In this document: one piece after another, positions 62,740 through 64,000 of the stretch | Position numbering within the stretch: position 1 is the first letter of the stretch | How the letters are laid out: each line of letters opens with the position of its first letter | From: Acidobacteriota bacterium | Lineage (GTDB): Bacteria; Acidobacteriota; UBA6911; RPQK01; JAJDTT01 | Assembly (NCBI GenBank): GCA_965263035.1 | Contig: OZ253580.1 | Coordinates: forward strand, 2,464,001-2,528,000 | Direction of reading: 5' to 3' | Length of the DNA: 64,000 nt | Position numbers and translations under genes: made by a program | The notes under the pieces: model-generated | Seen by the model: the letters and a program-made list of their open reading frames with translations, nothing else | Told to the model about the DNA's origin: nothing | The model's database searches: none

Positions 62740-62931
62740 ATGACCGCTGAACTGATCGTAACCATCGCTGTTGCGACAATTCTGTTCATCGTACAAATCG
62801 GACTGTGGCGCACGTTTCGATCCGAGATGGGTGAGTTGAGAGGAGAGGTCAAAGATCTGCGGTACCACGTTGCCCGCATTGAGAACGTATTGTTCGATGA
62901 CGCCGGTCCCGGCCCCAATCCTCGTGATTGA
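62740..62931 (+). CDS. Small single-TM coiled-coil protein
   Basis: MTAELIVTIAVATILFIVQIGLW..LRGEVKDLRYHVARIE. Confidence 0.7.
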   Translation: MTAELIVTIAVATILFIVQIGLWRTFRSEMGELRGEVKDLRYHVARIENVLFDDAGPGPNPRD

Positions 62932-63223
62932 GAGGGGACACGAATAAGACGGAACCAAGATTCACCGATTCCTGATGGCTAAGTCTTTGCCGCGACAGTC
63001 ATCAAATCGGACTTTCACCAAGACCCTGTGCGAGCCCGTGAGAAGCCCCGGGATCGATAGTCAGTAGGACTCACTTTTCAGGAGTACAAGCAGCCTTGGT
63101 TCGGAAGCGGCGAGCATTCCCTCCCGCGTACCCAGTTGCTTGGGAAATCTTGACCACCCGGTTGAAAAAGACTCAAGGTCAGCGGCCACCGAGTCCCAAC
63201 GAAGTGACCCCCTACATTCATAG

Positions 63224-63261
63224 GAGCCTGCGCCGCAGAAATTGATCCACCGCGCAGACTC
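63224..63261. mobile_element. MITE copy 4 (38 bp, ends only)
   Basis: GAGCCTGCGCCGCAGAAATTGATCCACCGCGCAGACTC. Confidence 0.75.
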
Positions 63262-63554
63262 CTAGATACGACTTCCCCGTCTAAATTGATCCAAGACACT
63301 ATACGACAGGCAGATACGCTGAGTCGCCAATGGCGTCGGAGTGCTTCAATCCAATCCGTTGCCTCCTTGAACCGCTCAGACTGCTTCCGACTGGAGCGGC
63401 AGTTGGCGGGTAAGTTTCGCAACCGCTGGGTGACAGTGCCTTTCCTCAGTTCGTGAGAAATTCCAGCCCAGCTTGGCCTGCTGACGCGTTCCCGGTCTCG
63501 GTAGCCCGCGGGACTTCCATCACGACCTGCAGCAATTCCTCCACTCAACTTCTA

Positions 63555-64000
63555 CTATTCCCCATGGGGCCTTGGCCAGATCTGAAAATGCCAATTCGCC
63601 GGGTCGCCGGGCTTGGGATAGTTGGACTCGGACACCCTTCCGTCCTGGGAGAGGATGAAGACCCGGATCTGCGAGTCTCCGGGCTCGGCGAAATCGCTCA
63701 GGGAGAATTCGAACAGGTAGCCGCTGTTGTCGATCTCCGAGCTGCCGTACGTCTTGACGACGTCGCTCCGGTATCGTCCGGTGCGCCCCGCGTACAGGAA
63801 TTCTCCGTCCCGAAACAACACGATGGCTCGAGGCAGGACGAGGTTCTCCACGTCGGCGCCCCAGCCGCCGATGAAGATCCGGCTCCGGTCCGGACTCAGA
63901 CGAGAGACGACCCATCCGGCGACCCCGCGGTCGCCGATGGGGACCTTCCTTCCCTCCGGCGTTACCAGAAGGGATTCCCCTCCGGCCGCATCCAGCCGGT
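63555..64000 (-). CDS. 3' end of a gene entering from outside the window; apparent frameshift near 63890
   Basis: Protein-like in one frame to GWVVSR, continuing in another as RIFIGGWGADVEN..RSDVVKTYG..NSGYLFEF. Confidence 0.5.
   Translation of the reverse strand, partial: RLDAAGGESLLVTPEGRKVPIGDRGVAGWVVSRLSPDRSRIFIGGWGADVENLVLPRAIVLFRDGEFLYAGRTGRYRSDVVKTYGSSEIDNSGYLFEFSLSDFAEPGDSQIRVFILSQDGRVSESNYPKPGDPANWHFQIWPRPHGE

Overview
GC-rich bacterial chromosome segment, probably Acidobacteriota (inferred from the Cys-rich RpoB insertion). The LRR, Fn3 and cadherin-like surface proteins suggest a host-associated lineage. 1-8.6 kb: 5' part of rpoB, rplL-J-A-K, nusG, secE, tRNA-Trp, rpmG, tuf and four more tRNAs, all on the minus strand. 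8.7-35.7 kb: two divergent surface-glycan operons (GT2/GT4, SAM methyltransferases, Wzm/Wzt, a TMTC-like GT-C/TPR protein). 35.9-64 kb: secreted and surface proteins, decaying genes, TA modules and an ECF sigma/anti-sigma pair. Main finding: a dense GGAG-tagged REP family with its RAYT nuclease is parasitised by three RNA-programmed elements whose guide sequences match the REP in the DNA. These are two IS110 copies with bridge-RNA-like left ends (CT core, one with a changed right target guide), an ORF-less IIB-like group II intron whose EBS1/EBS2 match the REP, and an ORF-less IIC intron inserted just after a REP hairpin. Also found: a five-site ECF-type promoter motif, six single-TM coiled-coil mini-proteins and a four-copy MITE. 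All calls come from reading the sequence; no searches or folding programs were run.
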